The notes below the pieces were generated by a model, which did not search any database, was not told where the DNA came from, and saw nothing but the letters and a program-made list of their open reading frames with translations. From Octopus sinensis (lineage: Eukaryota): 64,000 nt of DNA. Positions 31,080 through 45,996 of the stretch are shown in pieces. The stretch is taken from positions 806,001-870,000 of the forward strand of contig NC_043010.1 in assembly GCF_006345805.1 (NCBI RefSeq). The letters run 5' to 3'. Each line of letters starts with the position of its first letter. The stretch's first letter is position 1. Position numbers and translations under genes: made by a program.

Positions 31080-31540
31080 CAGCTAATAAAATTGAAGATA
31101 GTAAAAACTAAATGACAGAAAAGGTTAAAGAACTAAGATAAAACTGTGCACCAGGTGCAAACATAGATGTGTGAAGAGGTCTACTTCTCAACCATGTGGT
31201 TTCAGGTTCAATCTCACCACATAGCACCTTGGGGTAAGTGTCTTTTATTATAGCCTCAGACCAACCAAAACCTTGTTAGTATATTTAGTAGATAGAAACT
31301 ATGGAACCATTTTTTTTTACCTTTTTACTTGTTTTAGTCACTGGACTGTAGCCCTACTGGGACACCACCAGAAAGGGTTTAGTCAAATAAATCAACCCCC
31401 AGTACTTATTTTTATATCTGGTAGTTATCCGACAGGCCTCTTTGGTTGCACCCTTCAGTTATGGGGACATAAACAAACCAATACTAGTCACTAAGCAGTG
31501 GTGGTCGTGAGAGAACCACAACACAGACACACACACACAC

Positions 31541-31612
31541 ACTATTATGTTAGTCAATGCTTCCATTGTCTTTGTTTTTTAAGACAATGGAAGCATTGAC
31601 TAACATAGTAGT
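31541..31612. repeat. 72-nt hairpin, 32-bp arms, 8-nt loop
   Basis: actattatgttagtcaatgcttccattgtctt / aagacaatggaagcattgactaacatagtagt; the single mismatch is a G-U wobble on the plus strand. Confidence 0.9.
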
Positions 31613-32140
31613 AGAGACACCATTTCAAATGTTTGATTGCTCACTGTCCTACTCAGTCAGGGCTGCAGTCCAGGGGATAAACACCAACAATATGTATTAT
31701 TATCATCATCATCATCCTCATCACCATCATCGTAATCACAAACTTTCATTATTACCATATCAATTAAAAACCACCACCACCACCACCACCACCATTGTCA
31801 ATATCATCAGACACATTTGATAATGATGTAAGACATTAAAATATGAGGAGATGGTCATAACCAGAATGCCTTTAATCAAAGAGCTCAATAAAGGCTGACA
31901 TGGAATCTAAACAACAACTTTCATTTCTTCTTCTTCTTCTCTTCTTCTTCTTCTTCTTCTTCTTCTTCTTCTTCTTCTTCTTCTTCTTCTCTTCTTCTCC
32001 TCCTCCTCCTCCCCCTCCTCCTCCTCCTCTCCTTCTTCTCTATTACCCATTTAGACTTTCACTTTCTCCCCACCCTAACCCTTGTGTTCTCTCTTTAGCT
32101 ACTAAGTTCTCACTCCTGCTCACCTCCCATCAAATCTCCA

Positions 32141-32175
<35 letters not shown>

Positions 32176-32839
32176 CCAGCCTCAACCTCTAATTCCTAGT
32201 GTTAAATGCATGTAGCACTAACACCTTCTCCAGATCCCCACGCAACATGATGCATGTGTGAAACAAGCACTGCTGTTTCCAGATTTGCAGATAGCATCAC
32301 AGTAATGACATTTAGCAGAAATCTTACTGTATCGAACATTCCAGTGGCAGCAGATCACAGCATTAGTCAGTCACTCACTCACTCACTCACTCACTCACTC
32401 ACTCACTCACTCACTCACTCACTCACTCACTCACTCACAGTCAGTCAGTCAATAAGTGCGTGAGGCGACTGGCATAGATGGAAAGAAAGGAGGAATATGT
32501 ATGTTGATGGCTGATTGGATTAGAATAAAGATGCAAGCAGAGATGGCACATGGCACACATCTACGATAAAGGGATGGGATGGTAGTGGGTTGAGGTGGGT
32601 GGTGGCACCAGATAAGAATCAAAAGCAGAGTTGTATTGTGATGTTGTGATATGGTGCTGCGAGTTCAAAGTGGTGTCGTGAGAGATTTCTGTTTCTATCG
32701 ACACAGATTCAATACAGACATGTGCACATGCGCACTCAAGTGTGAGTGTGCATGTCTATAAATATTTGTGTGTGTTTATATTAATGAATATATGTGTGTG
32801 TATGTGTGTGTGCATGTGCTTGTGTTTCAAACATACAGA

Positions 32840-32846
32840 CATTATA

Positions 32847-32879
<33 letters not shown>

Positions 32880-33059
32880 CTATACATATATATATATGCA
32901 TATATATATATATCTATACATATATATATATACACATATATATATATATGTATATACATATATATACATATACATATATATACATATATATACATATATA
33001 TGCATACATATACATATATATACATATATATATATACATGCATATACATATATATATAC

Positions 33060-33092
<33 letters not shown>

Positions 33093-33105
33093 CATATATA
33101 TATAC

Positions 33106-33152
<47 letters not shown>

Positions 33153-33194
33153 CATATATATATATATACATACATATATATATATATATTCAGA

Positions 33195-33227
<33 letters not shown>

Positions 33228-33235
33228 GTATGTGT
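32840..33235. repeat. Compound (TA)n/(TACA) microsatellite, ~400 bp
   Basis: Seen directly; similar tracts at ~580-870, 1575-1720, 40690-41040, 49980-50600, 51720-51900 and many others. Confidence 0.95.
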
Positions 33236-34053
33236 ATATATATTTTGTATATGTGTGTGTGTCTATCTATATATATACACACATACATTATGTATATGCA
33301 TACATAAGTTTGTATCATAATCGTCATAGTTGTCAATGTTTTAACATCCACTTCTCCAGGGGTCAGACAAAAATATGTTGAGGCAGTTTTCTCTGGCCGG
33401 ATATCCTTCCTAGCACAAAAACCACCATTTGTTACCAAGTGAGGTAGCAATCTTCTCTGTTGGACAAAAAACAGCCCAGAGTTGAAGGTCTGGAAATAAA
33501 TGACACCTCAGCATGCCTTTTGTTGAGAAAGGTTACACAACAAACAAGTCAAGACGCCCAGAAATGCTTTTGTAGTGGACTGTTTGAGATCCTTAAAGAA
33601 GCCAATGGTTACAAAGAGTGAGCTGCAAAACCCATCACACACACACACACACACACACGTGTGCATACATCCTTTATGAGGTGAACAACTTGGTTCCAGG
33701 ACTTGTTTTCTTTTTAAAATCTTAATACTTGTTTATCGGTTTCTTTTGCTGAACTGCTAAGTTATGTGGATGTAAACACACCAACACCAGTCGTCAAGTC
33801 GTGGTGGTGGTGGTGGTGGTGGTGGTGGTGGGGAAGAAACACAAGCACGAAAACACACACACACATGATAATCGCTCCGTTTCTATTCACGAAAGCCACT
33901 CACAAGGCTTTTGTTGGTCCAAGGCTATAATAGAAGATACTTGCCCAAAGTCCCAGGGTGGGGGGCTGAAGCTGGAACCATGTGCTTGGGAAACAAACTT
34001 CTTACCACACACCCACACTTGTACCAGTACACACATATATATATATATATATG

Positions 34054-34093
<40 letters not shown>

Positions 34094-34488
34094 TGTATGT
34101 ATATATATATATATATATATTTATAAAAAAACAAACAAAATGAAAGACGAAGATGGGTGTGTAAACTACAAGCAGCTGTATTAGTTTAACGCTCAGGAAG
34201 TTTGAAAATAAAAAATGATAGAGAATCAGGAAATTATGCATAATTTTCTGTTTCCTTTGTCATTCATTTAATTTTATTCTATTATGCTCTGTACTCAACC
34301 ATAAGTTAGTTCTGAAGTATATGAATACTGAGTTCTAGCTCCAGATTATTAGTATCACTATGACTAAGTGAATCATTGACACACACACACACACAAACAC
34401 ACGTATGTATGTGTAAGTACATATCTGAGTGTCTGTGTGTGTCACTTGTAGTGAATATTTTGCTCCAATCTCTCAGCACCAACAGAGA

Positions 34489-34525
<37 letters not shown>

Positions 34526-34595
34526 ATGTATTGACTGCTATTTCCAATAAACATTGGTGCTTTGTTGTACTACTCTCTCTCACTCACTCTCTCTC

Positions 34596-34653
<58 letters not shown>

Positions 34654-36301
34654 TATAGGCAGAAGTTGTTGAATGACTCAAAGTGTGAGAATTTTGTATG
34701 TTGGTACTTGGTCTTGAATCACTCACTAACTTCTGCTGATTAATAAAAAAAATACATACCCTCCTGTTTTGAGTTCTATATACCTCTTTGTATTACCACA
34801 CAAACTCACTCACAAATACATGCAAAAGATATAGATCCGCACACAAAGATACCAATGTACACCCACACACACATGTAGGCACAGATGAGCCATATATAGA
34901 TAAATACTTTTTGGACTAATGAATTTATAAATATACACACACACACATAGACATATCTTTATCTGTGAATCTTAGTTTGCATATATGTCTAGTTTTCAGT
35001 GTGTGTGTGGGTGTGTGTGTGTGTGTGTGTACGTGTTGACTGAAAACCAAAACGTCACGTAGTCTTTAAATTAAATTTATTAAACACCAAATCCTGGAAT
35101 AATTTGATAACAGAATCTGATACGAAGATATTAAAGTTTATGAGAAAGAAGGAAAAAAAATACTACAGAACAAAAATAGCAATAAAACAAAATAATAATA
35201 ATAAAAAAATGAAACCAAAAATGGAAATTATCAGTGATAAAACTTTATCATGTTACTGTGTTCTAGAATTTAATGAAATTTTGAAGATTGTGATCGGGAA
35301 TAACTATGTCAAGGAAGTATCAATAAACAAGAACAGGTTCTGTAGGTTCAAATCTGACATGGGCATGCCTATGTGGGCAATAGGTTCTTATCTTAAACTG
35401 TATATTTACCATATTTGCTGCTTATAAGACAGGCATTTTCTTTTGTTTTTAAATGTATCAAATCATTTTCCATATGTCTAATGTGGCTTTATTCAGATTG
35501 GATTGAAGACTAAGTGTTGTAGGCCAAGGAGCTGAATTAGAAAAATTCTACAAGGTACAATAATTGTTACCAATAATGAAATATTGAAATTAAGCCAAAA
35601 TGTCACAAGTCTTTTAGCAGAAACTAGCTTAAAACTGTTTACAGTATGTCAGTAGTTCCATAGAGAAGTCACATCATTTTATTATACTTCCTTCCTTGTC
35701 ATACATAATTCACGCCTGATGTAGGTCTTACATTATTTAATGGCCATGTTACCTTTAAGAAACATTTTCTTAAAATCAAATGAAAATTCTTCTAAAATGA
35801 TAAGGTAGGTGAAATGATATCAGAGATGCTTTGCCCCATGCAAAAATTACAGGAGTTACTCAGAGGTTTTCAACCTTTTCTAAATCCATTGCAATCTGGA
35901 AACTGTCCTACATAATCAGCAAGTATCTCAGGGTCACAAGCATTTCACCCCTTAGCCTGTATTCTTCACCTGAGTGGGGCAGTGAGGACTGAGTTAGAAT
36001 TTCCCAATGGAAGGGTTCCACTTGCAGTCTCTACTTAACCATAACCATCTGGAACTAGTCTCAGCTGCTCTGCCTATTTCCTTCCTCACTTTCTTCAGTT
36101 GTCTGGGTGTTCCAAACCTAATTTCTGAAAGAAATAGTGTTCTGATCGAGATAGAAAGCCATGGTATATCAGCTATTTGCTATGAGTGGGGGACAACAAA
36201 ACCATGATGGTGGAGCAGCACCATTCGGATGGCCAATCATGGTAACACAAAATATCACAACCAAAAGTACAAGCTTTACATCCTCTATGGCAATTCTCTT
36301 A

Positions 36302-36521
36302 TTCCTTTAGCATTTAAACCACCCATATCTGCCCAAATATTCTACCATTTCTATGTTCAAACTGGCCATATCCAGCCTCAAACACCCACCCTACAATGTC
36401 GTTCTAGAAGTAAACAATCACATCATCAAATTCTCAAACCACTAAGATAAAGCATGATTAATTCAAAACAATGTGAATAAATAAGCATTACATTCGACTG
36501 AGTAATCTGAATGCTAAAGGG
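36302..36521. mobile_element. piggyBac-like MITE
   Basis: Right end AATGCTAAAGGG followed by TTAA; left end (TTA)TTCCTTTAGCATT is a degenerate inverted copy. Confidence 0.55.
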
Positions 36522-37008
36522 TTAATCTATATATAAACTAGTACAAAGCTGATCTGAAACCAGATAAATTTGAAATATGGTCTTGTGTAATTTATTTATG
36601 TTTTATGTTTTCTAGTTTCAGCTCTTGAGCTGTGGCCATGCTGGGGCAAGTGTATTTATGATAAATTTATGGTTTCATCCTGTATTCCTGTATACCATCA
36701 CAGCATTGTATTTCCATGAACAGAAACATACATCTTCCCTTAAAACAACACTTTAAAATATCTTTCATGAGTGTATGATGAAACATACAAAATTTATATA
36801 TTTTTTTTTTACAAATATCCTTGTGAAATAAGGGGTCATCATATATTCTGGCAAATGAATGCTTTCAAATTTGATATTCCATAATGTGCCAATATTTGTA
36901 GAATTTTTCATTTCTACTGTAACTTGGTTTGACCAATGCCTATAGGTGGAATATCAGAGATGAAATCTGTGTTGAAGTCTATTGTGTTTTTTTTTTGTGT
37001 GTATATAT

Positions 37009-37078
<70 letters not shown>

Positions 37079-37219
37079 GCTTTTTTCTTGACTGTCCGAC
37101 AAACAGGAACATGAAACTCTGAGTAACAGTTTTGTAATAATTTTGCATTTTGCTCTACCTATCGTATTCGAGTAATATTTTTTCCACCTTATTTATAAAT
37201 AGGAGATCACCTGTGTGTG

Positions 37220-37261
<42 letters not shown>

Positions 37262-37404
37262 GAATGGTTTTCTTCAATTACAAATTATTGATTACTTAAA
37301 AAAATTTTTTTAAATAATAAAATGACAAACTTTTTGGAAGGAAGTTTACATACTGATTGTGTGTACTTTCACCATTTGCAGTTGTTCAAACTCACATATT
37401 AGTC

Positions 37405-37464
<60 letters not shown>

Positions 37465-38013
37465 GTGTGCACACATACACACACGCACGCATACATGCAT
37501 ACACATGATTGACTTTCCACAAAGTTTTCTGTCAATAAATTCCACACAAAGGCAATGAGCTGGCAAAACTGTTAGCACACTGGGCAAAGTTTTTTGCGAC
37601 ATTTTATCCATCTTAATGTTCCGAGTTCAAATTCCACTATGGTCGATTTTCTCTCATCCTTTCAGGATCGATAAAGTAAGTACCAGTTGAATGCTGAGGT
37701 AAACTTAATTGACTTCTGCCCAAAATTGCTGGTCGTGTGTCAGAATTTTAAACAATTAAATTCCACTCACAATGCATTGGACAATCTAGGGCCACTGTAG
37801 CAGACATTTTCCCTAAGACAGCGCATTGTGGGAGAAGGTGGGGGATGAAACTCAAAGAACCATTTTCTGGTTAAGTGAATCTCTTAAGCACAAAGTCATG
37901 CTCATATGCAATTACTTTGAAGAAATTTAAAAGAATGATTTAAAAGACATTTCTAAACCATAGTTATAAGAAATTGCAAATTGCACCAAATTATAATGAG
38001 CAAACATACGTAC

Positions 38014-38179
38014 CAGATAGTTCTTCATAGTGACCTGTTTCTCTCTTGTTCAAATTATGTCTTCTATCTGTATAAGGCACCGGTGTCGACGATAGTTCGT
38101 TGTAGCGACACGGTGCATTGAATGCAGTTTCTTTGTATTTTCTACCATCGGGTGTCACAACTATTTTTTGGATGCACAT
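38014..38179 (-). CDS. Candidate coding exon A of an uncharacterised multi-exon gene (MCIQKIVVTPDGRKYKETAFNAPCRYNELSSTPVPYTDRRHNLNKRETGHYEELS)
   Basis: Strong acceptor (ttttcttctcttatttttgcatag|ATG) and donor CTG|GTACGT; 166 nt = 55 codons + 1; only phase 0 is open; the phase-1 end matches exon B. May be an internal exon rather than the true start. Confidence 0.6.
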
Positions 38180-38236
38180 CTATGCAAAAATAAGAGAAGA
38201 AAAACAATAATACATAAGTTGTATAATTATATATTA

Positions 38237-39025
38237 AAGGTGGGTGCTGAAAGTTCTTGGTTTTGGGTAGAAGAAAATACAGGAGGATCATTCTTCATGT
38301 AAGCTTACATGAAGAATAATGAGTCTGTCACAGCAGTTGAGCATGAGTTTTGGTGCCACTTCGACATTCACCAAAATCAGGCTGTGTCCACCTGTAATTC
38401 CACTTTTAACACAATCTTACATTGGGTGAATGCACTTCATACACGAGGTACACTAATGAATAGGAGACTGGTGGGGGCGCCATGAACTGTATGGACTCCA
38501 GAAAATGTGGAACGTGCCAGACAAGCTTTCAGAAATGCATCAATAAAAATGGACAGCACATGGTGGATGATGTTTTCCACATTTGGATTTGACAAATGTT
38601 AATTCAATACAAAAACATTGATGTCAATAACATTCGTTTGCAGCTTGTGGTGTTGGCGGTCGGAGTTATGGGACATGATGAGCTATGTGGTGTTGGTGGA
38701 GAGGATGATAGATGAGGTGGGTGAAAGTAGGGCTTGCAGGGGCCGGCGGAAGACCGAGCGGTGCATGCGTGGCAGGAAGCGGATGTGGTCAAGAAGGAAG
38801 CACGTGTGGTCAGCGAGGAAGAGGGCCAGCTCCAGCATAGACGGCAAAGCAACAGGACGTGTTGAATTTGTGAGAGACCGCTAATTTCACCGAGGTAAGG
38901 CCTTTTGTATTTCTTTCTCCCGTTGCTTCTTTTTCTGTTGTCCTCTTCATCCATCACACCACACAGCTAAATGAATGATTTTGTGAATTTTTTTCAAAAA
39001 CGCCCAACCTCTCTGCCCCACCCTA
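38237..39025 (+). mobile_element. Internally deleted Tc1/mariner-superfamily element
   Basis: AYMKNNESVTAVEHEFWCHFDIHQNQAV...TILHWVNALHTRGTLMNRRLVGAP*TVWTPENVERARQA (mariner N-terminal HTH region) joined to KCINKNGQHMVDDVF (C-terminus); right end ...CCCCACCCTATA; left TIR is degenerate. Confidence 0.7.
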
Positions 39026-39668
39026 TATATATTGTGTACATCACATGAATTTAGAAACATTGATAGCCATAAAAGAAATTGTTTCTAATGGTGGAACTTG
39101 AAGTTGATAATAGAAGTTTTCTGAGTCTTAGAAAAATGGATCAACCTGCACAGATAATTTGTTTGCAGTAATCAGCTGTTTGTCCTGCACATAAGCATTC
39201 TCTTTCCATCAAATTGACATTACCTGAACAGGTAATGTCAATTTGTGTCACATGTCAGATGTTGAAGTAATCACAGAACAGTGTGAAATAAAGTGTTTTG
39301 CTCAAAAACACAACATACTGCTTGGTCTGAGAATTGAGCATATGATCTCATGATAATGAGTGCAACACCCTAACTACTAGGCTCTTAAAGTAGATAAAGC
39401 TATGAAAAATAGAACTCAATACCTGAATGTATATCTTTTATCTTTTTCTTGTTTTAGTCATTCGACGGTGGCCATAATTTGGCACCACCTTGAAGAATTC
39501 TAAGTTGAATGCATCAACCTCAGTACTTATATTTTGTTATGGCTGGTACTTATTCTATCATTCTCTTTTGCCAAATTGCTTAGTTATGGGACATAAACAT
39601 ACCAGCACTGGTTGTCAAGCAGTGGTGGGAGATAAACACAAAGACACACACACATAAATACATGTGTG

Positions 39669-39712
<44 letters not shown>

Positions 39713-40691
39713 ACAGGCTACTTTCAGTTTTCATCTACCAAATCCACTCACAAGGCTTTGGTTGGCCTGAGGTTATAGTAAAAGACACTTGCCCAAGATA
39801 CCAGACAGTGGGACTGAAACCCAAACCATGAGGTTGGGGAGCAAGCTTCTTATCACACAGCCACACCTGTGCCTATAAATTTATTTTTCAAGTGCTATAA
39901 AGTTACAAAAGTGTATCAAGGACCTAGTGTTTTGTACGTGGCATCTATCATATAAGCACGTGCTCAAGCATATGCTCTCTGTCTGTCTGTCTGTCTCTCA
40001 CTTTCACACCCACCCACCCACACAATCTATAAATATTGGACATTTATATTAATTCAATATTTGTATGGTTTTAAACATATTCTTCATTTGATGAAAAATA
40101 ATGAAGTATATCTCAAATAGTTATTATCTCCAACAAATATTGAGAGAGACGAGTTTCTTGTGCCCATACATAGACATACAGGTATTTCACTACACACAAA
40201 TATATGTATATTTAAGTGTATAATTTATTAATTAACAAATCAGATAATTTCATATAAATGACATTAAACATTATACCTATGTAAACACTAATTCCAAAAT
40301 ATGAGATTTTTTTTAAAATACAAAAACAAAAGGTGAAACAAACATAAACTACACACACAGAAATTGAAACACATTCGTACCTGACCAAGCAACTTTGTTA
40401 GAAACTATACACACACACACACAAACACACACACCACTCTCTCTGTCTCTGTCTCTCTCTCTCTGTCTCTCTCACTCTTTCTCCCTGGTCCTCTCGCTTT
40501 GCATTGCCTTCCTTTTCAGATAAAGGTTTTAAATGTCTATTGATTTTGTTTTCGAAAGTGAACTTTTAATCACCATAAGTATCTCACCTATTTAGCAGAT
40601 AATTTGTCAGCCACTTAGCACTTATTAGAATAGGGCTACATCTACTAATGTCAATCAGGGTAATGTATCATACCTTGATTTGCTATTTCCT

Positions 40692-40730
<39 letters not shown>

Positions 40731-40769
40731 GTGTGTGTATATATATGTGTGTGTATATATGTGTGTGTA

Positions 40770-40809
<40 letters not shown>

Positions 40810-41179
40810 CGCACACATATATATATACATATATATATATGTATATGTATATATATATATATGCATATATATATGTATATGTATATATACATATGTGTGT
40901 GTGTGTATGTGTGCGTGTGTGTGTGTATGTAAATATGTATATATGTGTATATATATATGTATGTGTGTGTGAGTGTATGTATATTCACATGCAGATGCAA
41001 ACTCTATACATATATGCACACACACACATATATTTTTATACCTATATATTGAATATTTTAAAACAAATGCAATAATAATAAATATCATTGGCTAAAATAT
41101 TTTTATGAAATCTACAGAAATGATACAATATTTCTACACACTCACACATCACATATACACACACACAAAATACATTTTC

Positions 41180-41345
41180 AGTGTTTGAAGTAGATGGATC
41201 TTGCAAATGAGGAAAAACCTAGGAACCTATGGAATGGAAAGGAATGGAATGGTGAGGAGGAATCGTAAGGAGCTGAACCTTGCAAAGGAGATGACAAAGA
41301 ACTACGATGATTGGCAGCGGGAGATATTGGAAAACACCTGTTCAC
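41180..41345 (+). mobile_element. RTE-like LINE 3' terminal fragment
   Basis: ...WNGMVRRNRKELNLAKEMTKNYDDWQREILENT resembles GRPRKTW.EVV..DL..L.L..EMT.DR..WR. Confidence 0.55.
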
Positions 41346-43068
41346 TGTCACACACACACACACATGCATATACACGTATATGTCAGGTCGCTCTTGAGTG
41401 TTACTGGTAACATGTAACTCAGTTCAACCTTTTGCATGATTGAGTCATCATTGGTTGAATTGGTGACACCACCAAGCCCGTTTAGTGAGTAGGGTGGATT
41501 TTGGACACCCTGTGGAATGAAAAACAAAATCCATCAAAGGAAAAATAAACTCAGGAGAGTCAATATCCATCCAAGTACATGATATATTGTTTAATGCAAA
41601 TGGTATATAATTGTGAGCTACTAACAGTTTCATACATTGGAGATATTTTCTAGGCAGGTTTTAATAACACACCTAGAAAACATTTCTAATGTATTAAACT
41701 ATTAATAGCTCATAACTATATACTGTATACATTAAACAATTTTTATCTGTCACCAGATGGAGTACTTTTTTGTTGATCATACCTTAACGGAAAACTAAAC
41801 TATATATATGCGTGTGCATGCATGCATGTGCAAGAATATAAGTATTTCTGGTTTGGTATCCAGAGTTGCATCTAAGCAACCAAGCTGGGTTAGTTTCTAA
41901 CCTATGACAAAGGCAACTACACCGGGGATGGAGAACTCTAATAGAAAATCCTGTGGTATATTCTTCACAGTTTTTGACTAACATTTTAACCAACTCTCTG
42001 CTACCAACATTTCTAAACAGAGTAGCTGGTCCTACTCAAGCCTTCATTACTGAAAACAAATCATATTCTGGGTAGTCTGATGGCTATGGCTATATTATTG
42101 GCTGTTAGACCCTCCTATGAAGCTGACAAGGGAATCCACTACATATATTATCATCATCCTTTAACAATCACTTTTCCATGCTTGCATGGGTTGGACAGTT
42201 TATTGAGGCAGACTTTCTATGGCCATATGCCCTTCCTGTCTTTTGTTCTTACCTGTTTCCAAGTAAGGTAATATTTCCCCATGGCCAGACATCTTTTCAC
42301 TGAAATGAATAACATTCATTTACAGTGATCATACAAATTATCTCTTAAAAAGGAAACCAAGCAACATTAAGTATGTGGCACTCAGAGTTTTGTTTTACTA
42401 AATAAGATATAATTTGAAAATTAAGTTGGTATCTGAATATGATGATGTTTCTTGTTTTGTTTTGTTTTAATTTTCCTGAGAGATATAAAGTTTCCTAAAT
42501 CTACAAGAATATCTCTTGTATTAGAAATAAATAAGATAAGAATCTTCAACCAAATGTTAAATAAAGACTGGCTTCAGAGATCAAATACGAAATGTTGACT
42601 GTCAAATGTCAAAAGTCGCAAAGATCAGTGACAAGGTTGATCTCCACCATTTCAGGTTAAACTTTGGCAGCAATAATGGTTTGAAGCATTGACTGGAACA
42701 GAGAATAAGAGGAATAGATTACGGCATAATAAGCAGCAGAATTTATTTGAGTAAACTGGAATCATTGTCTGGATTAAATTGAGTTTATAATGTTTTGGTC
42801 AGAACAGATAGAGAAACAGCAACTTGTCCAGCATTGAAAAGATTTACACCTTGCAAAGACTTGCCAGGCTGATCAAGTAAAGAGTTAAATGCTTTTCTAT
42901 TGCATCCCATCGTTGTTATTGTTGTACTTTAGGTAGATAGTATTAATAATGTTATTTTCCCAAGACATGCTAAAACATGGTGTTTTATGGTTCTTTCTGA
43001 AGTTTATTGTGTCAGCCAGTCAATAAATCTATCGATGTGTTTAAATACATATAAACACATGTACTCTG

Positions 43069-43124
<56 letters not shown>

Positions 43125-44059
43125 GTGTGTGTGTTTATATACTCAAGTAACCACTTGTATGCAAAACAAGGTGGAAAATATTAGTACTCAAATACCAAAG
43201 GCAGAGCCATATGCTTTTATTAAAGCTGACAAAATTTTCACAAACTGTTACTCAGAGTTTCATGTTACCGTGTGTTAGACAGCTGGAATACTTCATTCAT
43301 TCATTCATTCATTCATACATACATACATACATACATACATACAGTTACAAATGACAGAGAAATAGTTTAATGAAATTTTATTTGACAATAAGAAAATTCT
43401 AATTTTATAACAAATTGTTTCATAACTTAAAAACGTGTAAATAATTTACATTATTCTATTTAATAATAAATAAATTACTTAGATGCTTGCATCAATGCAA
43501 AATGTGAAACATCCTTCAAAACAAGGCAGAATTTAAGCTGCTGGTGCATTGAGAGGGTTTGGTTTCTCAATGCTATGCTTTACTACAGAATGTATACTTT
43601 TTCTCTTATGTTGTCATTGGACTATGGCTATGCTGGGGCACCAACTAGAAGAGCTAAGATGAACAAATGGACCCTATTTTGCTGCTAAATTATAGAGACA
43701 TAAACAAACCAGCAGCTGATGTCAGTTGGTGGTGGTGGGGGGACTAGTACTAGAATGGAGACACATATATACAATATTTATGTATAATGGACTTCCATAC
43801 AATTTCCATCAACCAATATTTACTAGTAAGTCACTGCTTGGTCTAAGGCTATAGTAGAAGACACTTTTCCAAAGTGCCACACAGTTGGACTGAACTTGAA
43901 ATCACATGGCTACAAATCAAGCCTCTTAACTACAGTTATTCCTTGGCTATAGATTTTCAACCAACACTCTGTGCAACTGAGATTTGTAAACACCATGTAT
44001 TCTGTATCATTTTGGAAGAAGCATTAACCATACTGACTTGGAAGAAGCATTAACCCCAT

Positions 44060-44760
44060 CCAGATCCTTCAACCAGTATTTACATTAAAAGTGATATTTG
44101 CAGGGTTTTTTTTTATCCAAATAGAATCATCAAAGTTTATCACTGTTTTCTCAAAATCCTAAAATCTTTGTTATTTTGTTAGTGAAATAAAGTTCTAAGA
44201 AGTAATGGTAATGTTAGAGACTTAACACTTAATGTAGAACTGAATAAATCTAAATAATCCCTTATTAGTGGGCTCTTAAACCAATCAATTATGGCAAAAG
44301 GTTTACCGTGCAAAACTAAAGGGACCAGTGCCTTAGTTTTAGTCATTCCATCAAGTATTCTCTACCTAACTCCCTATATAGCAGGTCTTGTAGGATTAAT
44401 TAGTCTAACTGATAAGTTATTACTGAAATCAGGTTTGTGGTTCTTCAATGTAACATGAGGAATAACAGTTTGATTCTGGATGTGAAGGTCAGAAGAATCT
44501 TAAATTGTTGATATTGTTTATACAACAATCTTAATGTAATCCTTAATGATGACATTAAATAACAGTCATTGGTAAGAACTTCTCTCAATCTGATACAAAT
44601 TACCTGATCAGAATGAATGTTTATGTCACTGGAATCTTTGATGTTTCTTATCTTGTTCTGCAAATTCTATCAGAATGGATTAGTTCTCTTCCTAAACATA
44701 ATGCCCTGAATGAGTGCAAATAAATTCTTCTCAAACAATATCAATAATGAGTCACCAGGA
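44060..44760 (-). pseudogene. Decayed Penelope-like retroelement reverse transcriptase fragment
   Basis: Minus translation PHVTLKNHKPDFSNNLSVRLINPTRPAI*GVR*RILDGM...AIIDWFKS...FIQF...WIKK...FNV matches the PLE RT pattern TLKDHKPNF..NP.CRLINP.KSE.G..SK.ILD / VIDWF / WxKK..FDV; contains stops and frameshifts. Confidence 0.75.
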
Positions 44761-45965
44761 GGATATTTTATACAAGGTCTGAACGAAAAGCATCAAGACT
44801 ATTACTGTGGGGACAGATCTGAAGTATGCAGAATGAAGCTGCTGTTCACAGATTGACCTTGAACTCTGTTGCATGTGCACGCTAAGTTATGACATTCTTG
44901 CTGGCTTTCATTGTTTATAGCAGTGCTTGGAAGTAAAGTGTGTAGAGTGTGGTTGTCTGGTGAGTGGGATTTGTGGGATTTGATTTTTGGACGGAGGAAA
45001 AAGTTGCAAAAGGCAAGATCAAGGGAATATAGTGGTTGTCAAACATAGGGAGACAGAATTCTGGGTCAATCTATGCTGAGCAGCTTCAATCTGTGTACTT
45101 TATTTCTGTTACCTTGGGAACAGTCCCAATTCTTTTTGATCAGACATCATATGATTTAACATCAAAATATTTCTTATTTTCTAACAACTTATTGCAATTT
45201 ATTGAAATAGCATACTATCTTTTCTTTTTGAAAAATGGATATTTTAATAATAAGAATTTCCTAATATATCTTTGAGTTTGGCATTGGAGTAAGTTTTGTA
45301 GAAATATGAAGCTGTTGCTTTGAATTTTAGTTTTGTGTCAGAGGTATTTTAAAGTTTATTCAAGTATAATATGAATGTTTTGAATTGCCTAAAACAGTTT
45401 TGAAATTATTATTCTGTCTCCTACAGATTAAGTTTCTGATGATCTCAATTAGAGTGAAAGTATAGTTTCTCTGCAAAACAATGCATCTGTTATAAATGTT
45501 TACTCTACAGTCATTTGTATAACTTGCATTGGATTCTGTTTAGATATTGGGCCTCAAGTATGAAACGAACACACACACACACACACACACATGCAAATCT
45601 TGTTATGCTAGCAACCTTTTTCAGAAGATATAGTCTGCTTCTACATCTGCAGTTGATAGGAAAGATAAACAACACTTAAAGAGCATTCATGAACGTATAA
45701 CTAGTGAAATGTTCCTCACTCACAGTTGTAAAAGATCCTGTAGTTTATCCATGGATTATATTTCCACTGAGAAATTCTATGTAATGATATTTATTAAACA
45801 TATTTTCTATGATTTCTGAAAACATACAAAACACAATGTAAAATGTTTGGCATTAGAAAGGGCATCTAACTGTAGAAACCATGCTAAAGATGACATTGGG
45901 ACCTGATGCAGCTCTGCAGTTCGTCAGACATTATCAAACCACTTAACCCATGCCAGCAAGCAAAA

Positions 45966-45996
<31 letters not shown>

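Noticed and set aside
36030-36118. Strong minus-strand acceptor (tatttctttcag|) with donor AAA|GTGAGG
   Set aside because: It would be phase 1 to 0 between exons needing phase 1 to 1, so it cannot be fitted without a frameshift.
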